This document shows, in pieces, positions 50,925 to 63,744 of a stretch of 64,000 nucleotides of DNA. The notes beneath the pieces were generated by a model. It was not told where the DNA came from. It worked only from the letters and a program-made list of their open reading frames with translations, and did no database searches. Origin of the DNA: Octopus vulgaris (Eukaryota); contig OX597831.1 of the NCBI GenBank assembly GCA_951406725.2, forward strand, positions 68,696,001 through 68,760,000, read 5' to 3'. Each line of letters opens with the position of its first letter. Position 1 is the first letter of the stretch. A program made the translations under genes and the position numbers.

Positions 50925-51339
50925 TTATATATATATGTGTGTGTGTGTTTGTTTTTCTGTTTGCTCCCACCTTTACTTGACAACCAGTTTGGTTTGTTTA
51001 CATCCTTGTAACTTAGCAGTTTGGCAAAAGGAGACCAATAGAATAAGTATCAAACATTACAAAAAGTACCAGGGTTGATTCATTTGAGTACACCTTTCAA
51101 GGCAGTGCCCTATTCAGTCAAAGAGGATCTTAATCATGCAAACTGCATAGCAACCTCATTAGTACAGTTGCCACATAAGAGTCACTTAGTGCATGCTGTA
51201 AGGTTGTTGGCATTAGAAAGAGCATCAAGCTATAGAAACAATGTCAAAGCAGACATTGGAACCCAGTGGATCCTGTAAAAACTTTTACCTGTACCAGTAT
51301 GGAGCATTGACGTTGAATGATGGGGATGGTGTTGATGTT

Positions 51340-52700
51340 AATGATATGAATATTCTGAGGTTTGCTGTTAATGAGGATGTATTTGCATAAAAGGAAAAGT
51401 ACTTTAACCTTGTATTATCTGAAGCTTGGTATATGGACAAATTTACTATATCCAGAATCAAAATACTAATAAAATTCCTGGTAATGCTATGATATTAAAT
51501 ATGATGGAACTTGACAGAATGCGATGAAAATAAATACATCAGACAAACTTATTTAAGTATGTATAAAATATAAAAAAGATTGGTAAAAATTAGTCTTGAA
51601 AATAAATATATTAATACTTATAAGCACGGCTGTAACTATGAAGATACTAAATGTATGGTTGTTTTAAATAACAACAACAACAATAGTAATACATGTGAAT
51701 AATGTCAAGCATAAGAATTATTTATGACTGGAGAACAACTAACTTTGGAATTAATAGTTGTAAACATGTTGATAATTTAACATTATGGAAAAAGGCAATG
51801 TAAATAATAGAAAGGTTAAACTGAGGAATATTATCAGATATAATGCACCATTCACATCTTAATTAACTACTAATATTCCTCAAAAATTATTTGCTGCACT
51901 TGATAGACATTTCCCACCTTCAAGTAGGTATAGGAAATTATTTAATTGTCATAGAGTAAAATTTTCCTGTTCAACCTCTAGAAATTTGACTGAGAATATT
52001 GCAGCATATAATGAATGTAAAAATTAGACAGTATCGCAACTCAAAATTAGAAAACATGAGACAAACTTATAGTATAAATTGTAAGATAAACTCTAATGAT
52101 AGTTTTCCTGAGCTAGTTTTCAATACTTTAGGCGACAGTAATTCCAACTGTGTAATTGATAGTACCTTTAAGATAACACTTAGTAATAATGTTGATTATA
52201 ATACTACTTATTATCTGAGTTTAGCACCTAATTCTGAAAGTAGAGTTAGTACTAATTCTTTTAATCAGGAGTACTACAAAAAGGTAAATAAACGCCTTTG
52301 TAATTTCGAAAACAAAATTGCCTGCCCTTTAGAAAATCAATGTTCAATGACGAATATGATATATCAATGTCAGATAATTTCAGAGAGCCACAATATTATT
52401 ACATGGGTTCTCTGCTACAATTTAAAAATCTAGATTACATAACCTTTCTTCTTCATTTAGGTTTAGAAATAATGTAATTTTATGAATCTTAGTACATTCA
52501 TTTGGGATTTGAAAGAAAGACAGGAACATTAACTATGATATAAAGTGGTCCATCATACAACACTGGTAATTTTAAATGTGATCTTTGCCTAGAGGAAATG
52601 TTGTATATAATTACTTCAACATTAGAATTATTGAATTGTAGATACAATCTTACATTAAAATGTTCCCACAAACATGGAAAAACATTTAAATATTTCAATA
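51340..52700 (+). pseudogene. Naiad/Chlamys-like Penelope element relic (linker + Cys-rich GIY-YIG)
   Basis: IIRYNAPF...TNI...LDRHFPPSSRYRKLFNCHRVKFSCS; CNFENKIACPLENQC...MIYQCQI; IWDLK; YNTGNFKCDLCLEE; LLN.R....KCSHK. Confidence 0.8.
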
Positions 52701-53319
52701 GTAAATAATGCTGTGATTATAATTGCTTTTTCTATAATCTAATAAGCATAATTTTTTAACATATATTAATACCTAAATAACTAAATGTTGTAAGATACAA
52801 TTTCTAAATTTATTTTTTTATTCTTTTGTTATCTACTAACAACACCATAAGTTTGAATACTAAACTAGTTTTTCTTAGAATATTATGTATTCTTCTTTTA
52901 TATGCATTCTTGTATTAAAGATAGTCAGTTTGAATTTAGACCATTTGAGTTACCTTGATAACATTGTCTAAATCTAAATTTTCAGATATATTTGTATCTT
53001 TTTCTATATCTAAATATGCTGGTGCAATAGAAACAACCGGCTGTTATATACAGTGTATTCATCAATTGAAGATGTGATTTTCTCTTTTCTTGTTCATGTT
53101 GCTAATTACTGTGGATTTCTTGAAATTCTTCTAAATGGTATTTAGATCTACAAGTCATACATGAGGAAATACTTCTAATGTTAATTCTATTTGAATTTAT
53201 TGCATTTGAGTTTTGAATATTGTTAACCAAGTTCACATTACTCTGATTGCATTCTAGATATCTGCCTGAATTTATTAATACCTTTTACCTTTTGTTACAC
53301 ACACACACACACACACACA

Positions 53320-54562
53320 TAGAGTGTCCCCAAAAAATGTATACACACTTCAAATAATTGTAAAGTAGGTGATTATTACAATACATTTCTATTTTCAAAA
53401 TTTAATAGAATCTACAGGCATTATTTTATTTTCTTGTCAATGCCTGTTTTCAAACTGACATCCGGCCTGGTCCAGGCACTGCTGACAACACGAGCAATGA
53501 AATCGCGAACATCATGAAGCAATTCGTTTGATATTTGTGTGCATTCTCGTTCAATGGCTGCTCTCAAATCGACGACTGTTTCTGGTTTCACAGCGTAGAC
53601 TTTGTCTTTTAGGTATCCCATAAAAAAAAGCCTTGTGGTATGAGGTCTGGTGAATGTGGAGGGTACTCAATGAAACCCCTTCGTCCAATCCACCCGTTTG
53701 GCAAGATCACATCAACGAAGGATCTAACATTATGATGGTAGTATTGGGGGCGGTCCATCTTGCTTAAAATAAAACTCCTCATCTTCAAAGTCTTCTCTAA
53801 TGCTTGGCATGGCAGACTGTTGCAGCAAGTTCAAGTAAATGGAACCAGTCACAGTAGTGTCAAAAAAGAATGGTCCAGTTAATCCTCTTGATGATAAACC
53901 ACACCGCACTGTAACTCCTGGTAAATTAACATAGTGTTCCACCATAACATGTGGATTCTCAAGTCCCCAGTATATGCAATTGTGGTGGTTTATTGGACTA
54001 TTTAATTTGAATGTGGCCCCCATCACTCCACACAATCTTTGTTGGAAAGTGTGAATCTTCTACACATTGTGCCAAGTACCACTTGCAATACTGCATCTTT
54101 GGTCTGGATCATCGTCATTAATAGTATGGAGTAATCTTGGACTGTAACTTTTCCATTGACAATGCTTCAAAATGCATCGACAGACGATTTTAAAATACCT
54201 ACCTTATGACTAGCTTGCTGCACAAATTTTCCTGGACGTTGGTGATACGCCTTCTTGCTTTGTGAGGGTTGTCAATGTCCGTGGTCTTCTGGATCACTTC
54301 TCATAGACATTTCCATCGGCTTCAAACTTATTTCTAATTAAAGTGATGGCAAGTCGTGTTGGTGGACCTGTTTGAAACTCCCTCCTAAACTGTCTTTGCA
54401 CTTCAACTGCGTTTTCCCACTTCCAGTGGCATTTTAGAATGAATTTCTTTTGTTCAAAGCTTAGTCTGACTGCCATCATTAATTCCAGTCGGTTTAATAT
54501 GGAAAGAAAAACATAAATTGAATTATCAGCTGCTAAATTAGGTGTACAATTTTGGGGATACC

Positions 54563-54565
<3 letters not shown>
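53320..54565 (-). mobile_element. Tc1/mariner-superfamily element, rosa/DD41D-like, decayed
   Basis: TIRs tagagtgtccccaaaa / ttttggggataccctg; N-terminal HTH (LSFEQKKFILKC..VQRQFRREF), KQDGPPP, YPPHSPDL, GYLKDKVY. Confidence 0.88.
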
Positions 54566-54606
<41 letters not shown>

Positions 54607-54663
54607 CTCTTGTATGTGTATATATATATATATATATATATCTATGTATGTATGTATGTATGT

Positions 54664-57542
54664 ATGTCACAGAAGTATGTACACCCCTAAAAAACTTTAG
54701 TAAAATTGCCATTACTCTGATAATATCGAATGAAATCAAACGCAATTTATTCCGAATAAAATATATTATAGATGCAAACATTATACAAATTTGGAACACA
54801 CGCAATAAATATTTTCAAGATACGAACGAAATATTAATTTTCAAATATTACAAAAATATGTACACCCTAAAGGAAATTTGATATATTTAGTATTTTATCC
54901 ACTTTTTTTTTTTTACTAAATTCAGATATTGCTAGTAATTTCAGTTCTAATAAATTATTTCTCCTGGCATTTTTGCACTAGTCCTTGTTATTGCAATTGT
55001 AGGAATTCTGATTTGTGTAGCATGGTGAAAATTTTCTTCATTGCGATTAAAACGGCACCAAAAGAAAAAGAATTGTCAGCAGATCTGAAAAAAATTATTT
55101 TTAATTTACACAAGAATGTTTTAGGATACGAATGTATATTAGCATAAACATAGTTGCCTAAGTAATTCAGAAGTACAAAGCTACTGGACGACTAAGCAAT
55201 AAACATTGTTGAGGTCATTCTTCTATTTTAACTGCATGTGATATTCACCATATCCAACGTTGTGTGATGGACGACAGGCGTTGTACCACTTCATCTTTGG
55301 CCCAAGAAATGTCTTCTGTTAGTGGAAAGTGTGTATTCACCCAAACAGTTTGCCAAAATTTGAACCAGTGTGGCCTTCATGGATGCATTCCTTGTAGGAA
55401 TCAAGCATCAATCAAGTTGTCATTCTTTTGCTGAAACCTATGTAAGGGGAAGAAGTTTTGGAATAAAATACTTTTTGTCTGGCAAGACTAAAATCAACTT
55501 GTTTGTGTCAGATGGTATTAAACAAGATAATAGCAACAAATGTACTGTGCCTACCGTGAAACATGGCAGCAGAAGTGTTATGCTTTGGGGATGCATGAGT
55601 GAAGCTGGTGTAGAAGGACTCACATTTATTGAGGGAACAATGGATTCGAGGCTTTATTGTGACATATTGCAGAAAACAATGTTGAAAAGAGCATCAAGGA
55701 ACTAGGAAGATATCCCATGTCCAACATGATAATGACTCTAAACACACTTCAAAGAAGATGACTAAGTTTTTATCAGATAAAAAGGTAAAGATATTGCTTT
55801 GGCCTACCACTTCACATGATATAAACACAATAGAACATCTGTGGGGTCTTTTGAAAAGGAAGGTTGAGGAGAAAAAAACCCCCGTAAAGTAACATAGTTA
55901 AAAAATATTATTCATGATACGAGGGGCGTTCAATAAGTAATGCCCCTGACCCACTTCCCATAGCAATAGAGCAACGAATCTTGGCAGAGTTAATAGTCTT
56001 TTTCTACATAGGAAACACCCAGAGTTACGCATTTCTCCCATCGTTTGATGCAGCTCTGATGACCGTTTTTGTAGAAGACCCCAGCTTGATCCTCCAGCCA
56101 TGACGTGACTTCAGAAATCAAGGCTGCATCATCTGGGAAAGGCTTCCCTTTCAAAAACAACTTCATGGCTGGGAAGAGGAGAAAATCAGAGGGTGCAAGG
56201 TCATGAGAGTAGGGGGATGGGGGGCGAGTTCATAGCCACATGCCTGTGCTTCTGATCTGGCGACAAGCGAGTTGTGGACAGGAGCGTTGTCCTGCAGGAG
56301 GAGGATGCCTTTGCTGATCTTGCCATGCTTCTTGATTTTGATAGCTTCTCTTAATTTCCTCAACAGTGAAGCATAATAGGCTCCTGTAATTGTGGTACCC
56401 TTTGCCAGGAAATCTGTCATCACTACACTGTCCTGGTCCCAGAAGACTGTGAGCATGACCTTGCCAGCGGAGAGCTGCACCCTTGCCTTCTTTGGAGGAG
56501 GTGAGTCATGGTGCTTCCACTGCATTGACTGGGCTTTGGTCTCTGGATCATAGTGATGGACCCAGGTTTCATCCTGTGTAATCAGTCTTTTGAAAAATTT
56601 TGACTCATCTTCTTGGCACATCTCCAAATTCATCCTCGAGCACTTGACGCATTCTTGCTTCTGGAAAGGTGTGAGCAGCCTGGGAATCCATCTGTCAGAC
56701 ACCTTTTGCATATGCAAATGGTAATGAATTATAGTTTCCACAGACCTGGTACTAATCTTGACCTCATGGGCTATTTAGCGAATAGTTATATGTCGATCTT
56801 CCAAAATGGTAGCCTCAACTTGACGGACAGATGCCTCATCAATGGCAGAAGGGGGGCGACCAGATCTGGGAGCTGTTTCCACAGAGTTCCGACCGTGTTT
56901 GAATTGACGATACCAGCGTTTTACAAGGCCATATGATGGGGCATCGTCACCATAAGTTACTTTCATTTCATCAAAAGTCTCCCGTGGTGTGCGTCCTTTC
57001 AAATACAAAAACCGGATCACTGCTCAACACTCAACAGGCTCCATTTCATACTTGACTCCGTTCAAACACCTGTAAATCAGAAACCACAATTAGTTCAGAG
57101 ATGTAATTTGCCACTTAATCTATAGAGATATAAATAATTGCACATGCAAAATTTCAGCTAGATCAAACAACTGCAAGTGGGTCAGGGGCATTACTTATTG
57201 AACGTCCCTCGTAAATAGAGGTCGATTTCATTGGTTATATGTGGAAATTTAGTTGACTGTATGCCCAGAAGACTTCATGCAGTCATTGAAAGCAAGGGTG
57301 TCACACTAAATATTGAATATAGCAAATAATCCTTTAGGGTGTACAGATTTTTGTATTGCTTGAAAATTAATGTTTCGTTCTCATCTTTGAAAATTTATCT
57401 CATTTTGTGTTCAAAATTTGTATAATGTTTGCATGTATATTATATTTTATTCAGTATAAATTTCGTTTGCTTCCCTTTAATATTATCAGATTAATGGAAA
57501 TTTTACTGTAATTTTTTAGTGGTGTACGCACGTCTGTGAGAT
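54664..57542 (+). mobile_element. Tc1 (DD34E, IR/DR type) with ~220-bp TIRs, interrupted by a mariner
   Basis: Long TIRs with gtacaccc direct repeats; KELSADLKKII, PTVKHGSRSVMLWGCMS, QHDNDSKH, DINTIEHLW, and MPRRLHAVIESKG after the insert. Confidence 0.92.
55920..57211 (-). mobile_element. Full-length mariner (DD34D-type, irritans-like), 1292 bp, TA TSD
   Basis: 37-bp TIRs with one mismatch (cgaggggcgttcaataagtaatgcccctgacccactt); WIPRLL, QDETWVHHYDPETK, QDNAPVH; a few stops/frameshifts. Confidence 0.96.
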
Positions 57543-57554
57543 ATACATATACAT

Positions 57555-57590
<36 letters not shown>

Positions 57591-57595
<5 letters not shown>

Positions 57596-58016
57596 CGCAG
57601 GAGTGGCTGTGTGGTAAGTATCTTGTTTACCAACCACATGGTTCCAGGTTCAGTCCCACGGCGTGGCACCTTGGGCAAGTGTCTTCTACTATAGCCTCGG
57701 GCCGACCAAAGCCTTGTGAGTGGATTTGGTAGACGGAAACAGAAAGAAGCCCGTCGTATATATGTATATATATATATATATGTGTGTCTGTGTTTGTCCC
57801 CCTAGCATTGCTTGACAACCGATGCTGGTGTGTTTATGTTCCCGTTACTTAGCGGTTCGGCAAAAGAGACTAATAGAATAAGTACTGGGCTTACAAAAGA
57901 ATAAGTCCCGGGGTCGAGTTGCTTGATTAAAGGCAGTGCTCCAGCATGGCCGCAGTCAAATGACCCAGAACCATGTGGTTGGTAAACAAGCTACTTACCA
58001 CACAGCCACTCCTGCG

Positions 58017-58020
<4 letters not shown>
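57591..58020 (+). mobile_element. SINE family A joined to an inverted second head (57964-58020)
   Basis: Tail cut at gtcaaatgac and followed by the reverse complement of the first ~57 nt. Confidence 0.85.
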
Positions 58021-58093
<73 letters not shown>

Positions 58094-58519
58094 TAGTTCA
58101 AATTTATAGGAAAACGAAGACAAAGACAGGTGTAGGAACAACAAGCAAATGTATTGGTTTGATACTTTCGATAAATGGAAAAGTCTTTTGCATTTCATAC
58201 ACAACAGGCTTCTTTCAGTTTCGGTCTACTAAATCCACTCACAAGGGTTTGGTTGGCCCAAGGCTATAGAAGAAGGCACTTGCCCAAGGTTTCACACACT
58301 ATATATATATATCACAAAACAAATGAGAGAAACAGAAAATTTTCTGTTTCTCTCATTTGTTATATACTCAACAGATACTGAAAATTTCCTGAAGTAGATC
58401 CAGTGGCATTTATATCAACACTGTAGATGACATCAGGTTGCTATAGACAGTGAAAGTGCTTTAATTGGCATAGTACTGGGTGTATATCCAAGGGTTAAAT
58501 AACTACTTATATATATATA

Positions 58520-58730
58520 AATAAAGTTAAACCAAACAAGAAAGCATAAAAAAACACAACAACGCGAGGACGTGGAGCAAATATAGTATTATTGGATGCT
58601 CAGGAAAGAAGGAAAGAAGGAGGGTTCAATGTTTCGAGCGGAGCTCTTCATTGGAAACATAGGAGAAGGAAAGATCCAGAGAAGGGAAGACAGAGGAAAA
58701 AAATCGCCAATGGTACACACGCGGTCACAG
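58520..58730 (-). mobile_element. Short HHR-bearing PLE-type unit related to H3
   Basis: gttt-CCaATGA-a-gagc(tcc)gctc-GAAAC-aTT-gaac at 58624-58658; ttcctgagc motif downstream as in H3. Confidence 0.65.
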
Positions 58731-58946
58731 GGGGTTTATTTCAAAGGTAATCTAAACGACTAGGTATGCCAGGTAAGTGCTGTAATAGATTACTAGGATT
58801 CCAAAGTTATAACCGAGACGGTAGTTATGGAGCCATTGTAGATTCCCTATATAGTGAATATATAATTGTTGAAGAGGGAAACAAACGTTAAGGCAAGGCA
58901 AACACATGAAGGCAAGGCAAACATCATTATTATTGGAAAAAATTCA

Positions 58947-59002
58947 GTCTTACAGCTGTTTGTGGAATATCCCAGAGTATGGGATATTCCATCATTGTAG
59001 AC
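58947..59002 (-). ncRNA. Degenerate hammerhead (stems intact, core mutated)
   Basis: gtct-acaATGA-tggaatatccc(atactct)gggatattcca-cAAAC-agct-GTA-agac: 4-bp stem I, 11-bp stem II, palindromic CAGCTG. Confidence 0.55.
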
Positions 59003-59281
59003 ATCATCATCATCATCGTTTAGCATCCACTTTCCATGCTAGCATGGGTTGGACAGTTCAACTGGGGTCTGGGAAGCCAGAAGGCTGCACCAGGTCCAGT
59101 CTGATCTGGCAATCTTTCTACGGCTGGATGCCCTTCCTAACGCCAACCACTCCGTGATTGTAGTGGGTGCATTTTAAGTGCCACCTGCACAGGTGCCAGA
59201 CGAGCTGGCAAACGGCCACGATCGGATGGTGCTTTTTACGTGCCACCGGCACTGGGGCCAGGCGAGGCTGGCAACGGCCAA
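59001..59281 (-). mobile_element. Family D element
   Basis: (CAT)n + body + two tandem-unit motifs. Confidence 0.85.
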
Positions 59282-60061
59282 GGAAAAACGAGAAGGGTAT
59301 AGATTAATGAAATGAAGAGAGAAGGAAAAAGGAGATGAAGAAAGAGAAGAAGAAAGAGGCATAAAAGTTCTCAGTTCAACTTCCTGATCATGAAGAAGTA
59401 AGGACTTAGGTACAATCCTGTCTAAATCCAAGCAGGTTAAAATCCTGATTGTGTAAATATCCAGAAATAGACACAAACATATCAATAACAGAATGGTAGC
59501 TAAGGTGGCTATTAAGTGGTAAAGAGAAATAAAAATAAATGAATAGAAAGAGAGGTAGAGAGAGAGTGAGGGAGGAAATTAAAGATTGGTATTCAGGATA
59601 AAATAAGGTACATAAAAATATAGTGTCTAAGAATATAGTGTACAAAAATAACCAAGAAGATATATAAATAAATATATATGGGTAAATAAGGAGAGAGGAG
59701 ATAAAGTAAGATAATGTAAAAATAACAAAATAAACAAAATAAAGTAAAATGAAAGGAATTCAAAGAGAATAGGTGTAGTGGTATTCTTCTGGTTTAGAGG
59801 GGTTGGCGAGGAAATCCTCACTTGTGTCCGTTGTGGCTAAGGTCAGTGGCTGAAGAAATATTTTTAGCAATGGGGTTATGGGTGTGTAGGTAGTTGTGAA
59901 TGGAGAAACTATTTGGGTGTTAAATTATTTAGGGATAAGAGTTAGAATGAAATATTGGGTGATTTATTAGGTTAAGGTAAGGAATTTTTCTGCCATATAT
60001 GGATAGTTTATCCTGTTCTTGCTATTGTATTAGCATTATCATTTGTTTGAGAATAAATAAT

Positions 60062-60277
60062 TGCGGCGAGCTGGCAAAAACGTTAGCATGCTTGGCAAAA
60101 TGTGTAGCCATATTTTGTCTGCTGCTACGTTCTGAGTTCAAATTCTGCCGAGGTCGACTTTGCCTTTCATCCTTTCGGGGTCGATAAATTAAGTACCAGT
60201 TACGCACTAGGGTCGATGTAATCGACTTAATCCACTTGTCTGTCCTTGTTTAGCCCCTTGTGGGTAGTAAAGAAATA
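60062..60277 (+). mobile_element. SINE family B
   Basis: gcggcgagctggca head, gagttcaaattc B box, gccccttgtgggtagtaaagaaat tail. Confidence 0.9.
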
Positions 60278-60763
60278 TAACTTCTGTATCATAAATTAAC
60301 GAATTACTATTTATCTTATAAAGTGATAAGGCAAGATTGATAGAAGAGATATAGAGGGGTCGGTTATCATCACTTCAAAATGACTGTTCTGTAGGAAACA
60401 ACATTACTGCCATTTTTAACCCTATCAGGATGCCTCTTACAGCTGGTTATCGATGCAATCTGCACCCCATATATATTGAGAGCAGGGGAGTGAACCCCCA
60501 CCATCTTCCAGTGATGATGGAACCGCCAGACAATCCAGTTTTGAGCTATTTGTACTCAAAGTCAGTGGTGGAGACTTGTCCACAAGTGATAGTAGTTTTT
60601 TCCAGCTCACAATTTATAAATAAGTGACAACCAGTCACTGATCTTGCAACAAGCAAAACAGCGAGTTAGAAAATCTCCATAAGAGATGAAAGCAGTAACT
60701 ATACTGAGAAGTAACAGTTATCGCCATTTCAACATATATATATATGCATATGTATATATATTT

Positions 60764-60910
60764 ATAGGCACAGGAGTAGATGTGTGGTAAGTAGCTTGCT
60801 TACCAGCCACATGGTTCCAAGTTCAGTCCCACTGTGTGGCACATTGAGCAAGTGTCTTCTACTGTAGCCTTGGGTCAACCAAAGCCTTGAGTGGATTTGG
60901 TAGACGGAAA
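60764..60910 (+). mobile_element. SINE family A, 5' part
   Basis: Head through ggtagacggaaa. Confidence 0.85.
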
Positions 60911-60942
60911 TCTATATATATATATATATATTACGTTTATAT

Positions 60943-61360
60943 ATTCTTGTACAAGATTTTTTATGTGAAGTCGTGTGTTGAAACAGATATTGTTATATTT
61001 CGGAATGGTCATTTTGCCAGTTTAGCCAATAAAAACAAATGCACTATATATTTGGTGTTACTTTGCAACAGTGTTATTCATTTTTTACATTAATCTTAAT
61101 CTTATTTCGGCCAGAGTTCTGTAGTCACACTCCTGTGACCGCATCATCTGACGGTTAGTAAAGAGAGACACACAAATAAGAAAGAAGAAAGCAAAGGACC
61201 ACTGATGCGGTCACAGGAGTGTGACGAAAGAACTCTGGCCGAAATAAGATTAAGATTAATGTAAAAAATAAATAACACTGAAGCAAAGTAACACCAAATA
61301 TATAGTGCATGTGTATTTATTAGCTAAATTGGCAAAATGACCATTCCGAAATACAACAAT
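60943..61360 (+). mobile_element. Fold-back family FB1, copy 2, candidate HHR at 61196-61240
   Basis: Same arms and loop as 6537-6938; core CTGATGC...GAAAgaacTC-tggcc. Confidence 0.85.
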
Positions 61361-63358
61361 ATATATATATATATATATACAGAGAGAGAGAGAGAGATAG
61401 TGACTGACAGACAGACACACACACAGAGGGAGAGACCTATTTTATATTCCATGTTTTAACTGAATCTTCAATACACATGCATATTCATAACAAGTCTTAA
61501 ATGTTTAGCCTACTCCTTGTATTATTTTGTTTTACTCAAAATATAAGTAATTTCATAAGTTATTCGAATAACTTTCATAGAATTCTTGCTGTCCCTGCTC
61601 CATTACTTTCTTCTCTATTATAATTAGTCTTTGTGTTATTACTATGAATTGTTTTGTTTTTGTTTGTCTAATATTTCTGTAAATTAAATCTGATAATCAT
61701 TTGATATTATTGCTTTATATGATTATCTCTTCTTTAAAGGCGGGTATCATTGTCTGTAGATATAGGTTTGGTTATCAATTTTGCCATTTTATTCTGCTTG
61801 ATAGAATTTATCCTCTTTCTCTTTTGTGCCTTTGAGTCATGTGGAATATATAGTCAACAATTTAAGAATTACTAGTCAATATCTAGGAGGAGTTTGCAGG
61901 TGGTTTCATTTCTTACAGAATATATATCTAGTAATAAGTGACTGTGTTTGATGAATTGAATATGGAATGGAGTGTTTTGCTTCAGTTATTACACACATTC
62001 AGAACATAAATAGAAACTAGCAGATTGATCTAGTAGCAAATTTCTCTGAGTAAATTGAAGAGTCTGAGACAAATCGGAGTTGCTATCTTTATTGTCTGGG
62101 TCAATATGGATAGTTGGAAGCTCCTACAGCTTGCATTAATTAATTACTAAGATGAAGCTGACTTGGTATATACCTTATGATAGTTCTGCTTGTCATTCTG
62201 TTTACTCAGCCTATCAGTAACACTTTCATGTGATTAGTTGAAGGGAAAGAGAGGAGAAAGAAAAGGAGGGAGAAAAATAGATAAAGGCAAAGAGTAAGAC
62301 AGAAAGTGAGAATGAAAAAGAGGGAGAGAGAAAACGACAGAGAGAGAAAAAGAGGGAGAGAGAAGCATCCATGACGTGAGGTAGGGGAATGTAATATTTA
62401 TTATGTGGTTAAAAAAGTTAGTCAAAAGTAGTGATGATAGAGAGGAGGAGAGTTGAAAATATAATTTCAGCAGTGGGGTAATGTTCTGATGATGAGATGA
62501 GGTTAAAGAAAGGCAGAGAGAGAGATTGAGGGGAGAGAAAGTGAGGAGAGAGATATGATGGTGATGGTGGGGGTGGTGGTGGTGATTGGATAGCGAAAAG
62601 TGTATTTTTTTATTTAATCGAACTAAGTTTTTTATGTCACCTATCACTTAACACATGCTCATAAGTGCAATTCTGTGAAATATTCATGCTTGTATACATG
62701 GCAGATATTTAACTAAAGGTTGTATCATATGTACAGGATATGTTTTTTCATTTATGGGAAAATGGAAAAATAAGAGTGAATATTAATTTTATGAGTGCTG
62801 TGTTTTAAGTCCATAGAATTATACATAAAGTATATAAAGTGTATATATAAAGTGCATTAAGTTATAATTGTATCTCAATTCCTTTCACTTTTCAATGAGT
62901 AGCTGATGAGTGACTATCTTTCTATACAGGCACAACACAAGCTATATTTTTAGGGATTTTTGGATAAAGTTTTCAGAAATAGCCCAATAGGTTCACCATT
63001 AATTCTGTGAAATAGTCACGGGATCCACTAGTTTACGTTGATTTAGACTGCACTAGTTAGAATATCTTTTCTATAGACAAAATACAGACCCAGTGGCAAG
63101 GTACAAAGTCTATTCCAAATGAAATCAAACTTTTAAAGCAGCACATCTATCAGCTGGCATAGCATGTTTGTGATTGCAGTGCTGTTGAGTGACTTCACTC
63201 TTTAGTCTAATAATAACCATATTATGTCACTCCAATTAGTCATCAGTCTACATGTGCCAAAGTCGATGTATATTTGGGGTACTTGGTATTTTGTCACAAG
63301 TTGAGCAATGAAAAATTTGGACTAACAAAACATTTATGTGAATTGCTATTTATTGTGA

Positions 63359-63744
63359 ATGGAAGCACTCCGTCGGTTACGACGACGAGGGTTCTGGTTG
63401 ATCCGAATCAACGGAACAGCCTTCTCGTGAAATTAACGTGTAAGTGGCTGAGCATTCCACAGACACGTGCAACCTTAACGTAGTTCTCAAGGATATTCAG
63501 CATGACACAGAGAGTGACAAGGCCGGCCCCTTGAAATACAGGTACAACAGAAACAGGAAGTAAGAGTGAGAGAAAGTTGTGGTGAAAGAGTACAGCAGGG
63601 ATCACCACCATCCCCTGCCGGAGCCTCGTGGAGCTTTTAGGTGTTTTCGCTCAATAAACAGTCACAACACCCGGTCTGGGAATCGAAACCGCGATCCTAT
63701 GACCGTGAGTCCGCTGCCCTAACCACTGGGCCATTGCGCCTCCA
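63359..63744 (-). mobile_element. SINE family C
   Basis: Reverse complement of 20865-21243; tgctatttattgt duplicated on both flanks. Confidence 0.92.
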
